Below, one piece after another: positions 59,767-64,000 of a DNA stretch of 64,000 nucleotides; positions within the stretch are counted from its first letter, which is position 1, and the number at the start of each line of letters is the position of its first letter. Under the pieces are notes generated by a model. It was not told where the DNA came from and did no database searches. It saw only the letters and a program-made list of their open reading frames with translations. Source of the DNA: Selaginella moellendorffii (taxonomy: Eukaryota > Plantae > Lycopodiophyta); NCBI RefSeq assembly GCF_000143415.4, contig NW_003314280.1:1488894-1552893 (forward strand). The letters run 5' to 3'. The position numbers were made by a program, and so were the translations under genes.

Positions 59767-62380
59767 TTAAAAGTACTGTAGGATGTCTTTGTCCGTCGAA
59801 GCCTGGAGTCTGCAGCTCTGTCCCAAATGCACGTCCCCGAAAACGTATCTGTAGTGGAGAAGTCGGTCGATATTTTTCGAAACACTGGCATAGGTACCTG
59901 TATTCGCAATAATCCAAAAGGCCGCACTTTGCCTTTGAGTAGTCCCAATAGCAGTCCTCGTCTCGCAAGGGTACTCGTCTAGCTGCAACAACCGGTCTAA
60001 GTTACAGAGAAAAAAGCGTTACTTCGAGCGCTGACCTTTGGAGACGAAACTTCTCACTGCTTGTGGGTGGGAATTGTGAACGTTTTCTAGTAGCAGTTCC
60101 CTGAGTAGAACAGGCGAGCGGACCAAATTCCTGTGATCAACTGCACAAACAACATGTAGAATTATCAGCAGCCAGGAGGTTCGCAGGACATTACTTTTGT
60201 CAAACTCCCAAACCGCGGTTTTCTTCCCTGCCAGTCCAACAGCGTCCTCATAGTATGTGATGTATTTTATTCGACTGTCCCGGCTCCCGTTGTATACAAC
60301 ATCACCTCCATGTTCGTGTTCCACGTCGAAAACCTCTTGAATGTCTGAACCTTCGTGTGCAGTCTAGAATCACAGAAATCAACAGGCTTAAAAGAATGAA
60401 ACCAGCAAAGGACATACTTACTTGAGGAGCTCTTGTGATGTTCACGCGTGGACCCAGCCATCTCTTGCACCAAGAAAGAGAGTGGTATGGCACCTAAGCA
60501 TATGAAAACATGTAGGCCATCAAGAACAGAAGTTTGTAAGATAACTCACTGTGGAATCACCACTCGCAACACCACCTTTTCCATCGACATCTAATCCTGA
60601 CCTGTTGTAATGGTTTTTAGAAATGATCTTGGTTACAAAGTTATTACCTTGTCTGCAACGAACCTCCATCTGTTTCATAGATGACATCCTTGATAATCCA
60701 ATTGTCTGGGTACGGCTTTCCACTCGGAGACAGTTGATAGCCAACCTGAATTTCACAACTCAATTTCCACAATAAGGTTTTCAAAGAGGACTAACCTCAG
60801 TCTTAAGATTGATACCATACATGCAAAACACATTTTTGATCGGCGGCCGCTCCCATGGAGTTAGTGGATTAAACAATGGATTATCCAAGTAGTATCTGAG
60901 AATTAGGAAGTAGTTTAGTAGGAAAAAACATCAGTCATACATACTTCTTGAGCTGATAGAAAGCCAGTTTAGCTTGAGGATCAAATTCACCCATCTCCTT
61001 GAAGCTTGTGCCATCCGATATTTTCTGAGCTGAATAAAACCGCTGGATAGGAACTGTGTAATTTGCTAGAGCTGCAAGGGCTCCGTTTTCGAAAGACTCA
61101 CCAGGATAGAGCACCCCTGCCAAAGTGGACAAAAGTTGGATAAGGCATTAATAAGCCATTCGTTTGTTACCAGAAGGTGGCATGTCCACCTCAAGCACGT
61201 TGACAGGCCAGTCTGGAGCAACTAAGCCTTCGGTTTTGGTCGTATTCCTTTGAGACAGTGGTTTGTTGTCAGAAAACGGCAACATCCACAAACCGGAACT
61301 GAAAGTTCCAAGCATGATTCGAGCTGTACCCTATCAAAACGAAGTAAAAGTCAATGACGTTGCGAAGTTCCAACAGCTTTAACGAACCTCTGAAATTGGT
61401 AATCCAAAAGTCACCCCAGAAAGAACGCCTTTCAGAGCATCTGGAGCTCCTAGAAAAGGAGCACCTGCAAGAGATAGCATTGCTGGTAAGACGGTTCACA
61501 ATCCGCCAATCTCACCTAGAGCATGATACGTGAAAATGTGATCGTCAATCCAAGTAGTGTACAGTTTGGGCGGTACTTCTTGTTTCAGCCATTCCAGAAA
61601 ATATCTGAACACATTATTCCCAAGAGAATGCGCGAAAACGAGTGACGGCCCCCCTCGCAGCTTCCGAAGCGTCTCGAAAGTTAGCCTGGAATTAGAGATC
61701 AGAAAAACAAGAGGTGATTTTGAGAAGGAAAAACCTCAGCCTGTGGAAGTACAGATCTCGTTCTTCGAGAACTGGACCCGCCAATCTCCAGTCATAGGGT
61801 GCTGCGACAATGGACTCGGCGTCAACACCGAACTCTACACACCACGAAACCCACTCCTTCCATACAGAAGACAATGGTCCTGTGATATCCTAATTAACAA
61901 AACGAATAGAGAAAAAAAAGCCAACTTGGATACCTGTGAAATATCCAGGATCCATCTCGGTAATTGCAGAAACACCGCTGTCGGGACGAGATTTGCACTC
62001 GGGATGATCAGTCTGATTGTAAGGATCGAGCATCATGCACTTCATCCAACATTGTGGTACCGAGATAACCTGAAAAAGATTATTTTTTTCAGCTCCGCTG
62101 ACTCAAACCAAAGCGGAAAAAGAGAAAGACAAACCTTTCGGAGGTCCAACCACACAGGATCCAGCGGGTTGAAATCGAGGGGCGAGAAGGGACAATCCAG
62201 CAGCGACCAGGACCTGAGCCTTGTGGAGGCAAAGCCGGGAATTATCACCCCCGAAAACTTTTGATCTCCGGAACGCCACAGCTTTGGATCAACACCTGCT
62301 GCTGATGCCGATTCCAACCCTAGACCAAGCAGCAGGATGATGCACCACCAAACTTGAGAAAGCGACTTGCTCTTGTTCAT
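59767..62380 (-). CDS. PSAT1: Phospholipid:sterol acyltransferase-like (LCAT family), paralog 2, multi-exon
   Basis: Same motifs and exon order as 44163-46885 (IIPGFASTRLRSW, AHSLG, RDEDCYWDY, FGDVHLGQSCRL). Confidence 0.88.
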
Positions 62381-62689
62381 CTCCGAGCTGCTGTAGCTTC
62401 ACCATAGATCGCAGTGCGTTAGCAGTGCGAAGTTGAAGAAATGGAAAGCCGCCCCAGCGCGTACGTTAAATAGACTCACGAGATGGTCAAAGCTTCTCGA
62501 CGGCCAGTGCTGCTGCTGCTGCTCCTTCTGCCAAGCTGCTGCTGAAACTTCTATCATGACATACACTAAAGGATAAGCAAGACAGGGTCAAATCCGAGGA
62601 AGCTTACCGCGTTGCGTTATTCTTTCTCTGCACTCTACCACAAGCTCACTGGTTAGATAAAATAATAGCAATAGCACCATTTATGCTGT

Positions 62690-62890
62690 TGTCTCAGCTC
62701 CTAGACCATGATCCTCAAAGGTTTGAAACCCAACTTCCTTTCCCGATCCTGCTGATGCAGAGCTCTGTTCGAGATCGCAGCTGTCAGTGCTCAAATGGAA
62801 GCATTCCTGAAAGCCCCTGAAATATATTAAAAAATCCAGTGAGCTGAAATCGAGGGGCGAGAAGGGACAATACCAGGATCTCGTGCAGCC
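62690..62890 (-). pseudogene. Small PSAT exon 1-derived fragment upstream of paralog 2
   Basis: tgaaatcgaggggcgagaagggacaat is identical to 62170-62196 (CPFSPLDF). Confidence 0.55.
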
Positions 62891-63204
62891 ATTCATCAAT
62901 CCCTGAATGCCAGAGATCTGTTCATTCTAGGACCTTGCAAAAAGGAGAGTAGTAAAAACGTTTTGAGGGACAACGCAGAAGAAGCTATAGTCGAATCTTC
63001 CCGACGGCTGAACCTTCCCACGACCAAAACACGGAAAGATTGGCAAAAACAGTCAAAATGAATCAAGCAGAAGCTCACTGTTTGCCAAGTCATTCTTCCC
63101 GTGTTTAATTTTGGCGGAACTTGTTGAAGTGACACCTGACAGAAATCCTCATTAGAAGAAACTGCAAACTTTCCTCACATAATGCTCACTGTTTTGCATC
63201 CCCG

Positions 63205-64000
63205 CTACTTATTTAATGGGGGTGAGCTGTGTTGCTGCCTCAGCTCCTGGATCATGATCTTGGCGTCGTCGGTGTTGCTTTCCTTGCTGAGTGCCTCGAA
63301 GACAACGTTGAAGGTGACGAGGTTTGGCTTGAATCCCTTCTCCAGCATCTCTCGCAGCAGCTGAAATCCCAGCTTCCCTTTCCCAAGCTTGCAAATCGTG
63401 CTGATAAGAGCTACGTACGAGATCGCATCCACCAGTCCCTCCTTTCTCATCTCAACGAGATACGCATGGGCATCTTGCATCCGTCCAGCTTTCAGGCACG
63501 CGTCGGTGATGCTAGTGTAAGTCCGGCCGTTGGGAAAGATACCCCTTGCCTTCATCTCCGCGAAGAGCTTGTTGGCTTCCTCAACTTTCCCGGCCTTGCA
63601 AAACCCGTCGACGACGGAGTTGTAAGTCACAACGTCCGGAATGCAGCCCCTGGTTGGCATCTCCACGAACAAATCCATCGCCTTGTCCATCATCCCGGCC
63701 TTGGCGAAGCGATTGATGAGCATGTTGTACGTGACGAGGTCGAAAGCGCAGCCGTTCTCGTGCATGAGATCCAGCACCTTCTGCGCCTGCTCGTCCATCT
63801 TCACCCGGAGCAGCGCGTCGATCACCACGGTGTAAGTCACGGACGTCGGGGTGTGGCCCTTGTCAACCATCTCCTCAAACAGCCGGAAGGCTCTCTCCAC
63901 CCGGAACCTCCCGTTGCCTTTGCGGCATAGCCCATGGATGAGCGTGTTGTACGTGACGATATCCGTCGGACAGTCCCTGGCCTGCATCATCTCCACCAGG
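63205..64000 (-). CDS. P-class PPR protein, 3' part (runs off the window)
   Basis: Tandem 35-aa repeats (IVTYNTLIHGLCR, VVTYNSVVDGFCKAG). Confidence 0.9.
   Translation of the reverse strand, partial: LVEMMQARDCPTDIVTYNTLIHGLCRKGNGRFRVERAFRLFEEMVDKGHTPTSVTYTVVIDALLRVKMDEQAQKVLDLMHENGCAFDLVTYNMLINRFAKAGMMDKAMDLFVEMPTRGCIPDVVTYNSVVDGFCKAGKVEEANKLFAEMKARGIFPNGRTYTSITDACLKAGRMQDAHAYLVEMRKEGLVDAISYVALISTICKLGKGKLGFQLLREMLEKGFKPNLVTFNVVFEALSKESNTDDAKIMIQELRQQHSSPPLNK

Overview
Gene-dense plant nuclear DNA with very short introns (often about 50-70 nt), many P- and PLS-class PPR genes and short-LTR retroelements. This fits a compact lycophyte genome such as Selaginella (inference). From 1 to 10 kb: CYP450 remnant, SCPL pseudogene and intact SCPL, head-to-head RPS15/RPS25, a two-RRM glycine-rich RNA-binding protein, and a stellacyanin-type phytocyanin with MSA elements. 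From 10 to 43.4 kb: a nested tandem segmental duplication holding two broken extensins, three intact copies of an orphan single-pass membrane protein gene, fold-back F-box/LRR-like fragments, captured PPR and phytocyanin pieces, a young Copia with non-canonical LTR ends, a truncated LTR element and an extensin-PPR chimeric ORF. From 41 to 64 kb: P-class PPR, two PSAT/LCAT paralogs, thylakoid FKBP, amidase, ADPRM-like metallophosphoesterase, polyol transporter, a tRNA cluster (Asp, Pro, Ile, pseudo-Ile) and another P-class PPR. The most striking observation is a 5' exon missed by the ORF track (59710-59591). It turns the PLS-PPR gene at 56891-59710 into a predicted mitochondrial fusion of an OSB-type PDF ssDNA-binding motif with a PLS/E-type RNA-editing PPR array. 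All calls are by eye; no searches were run.
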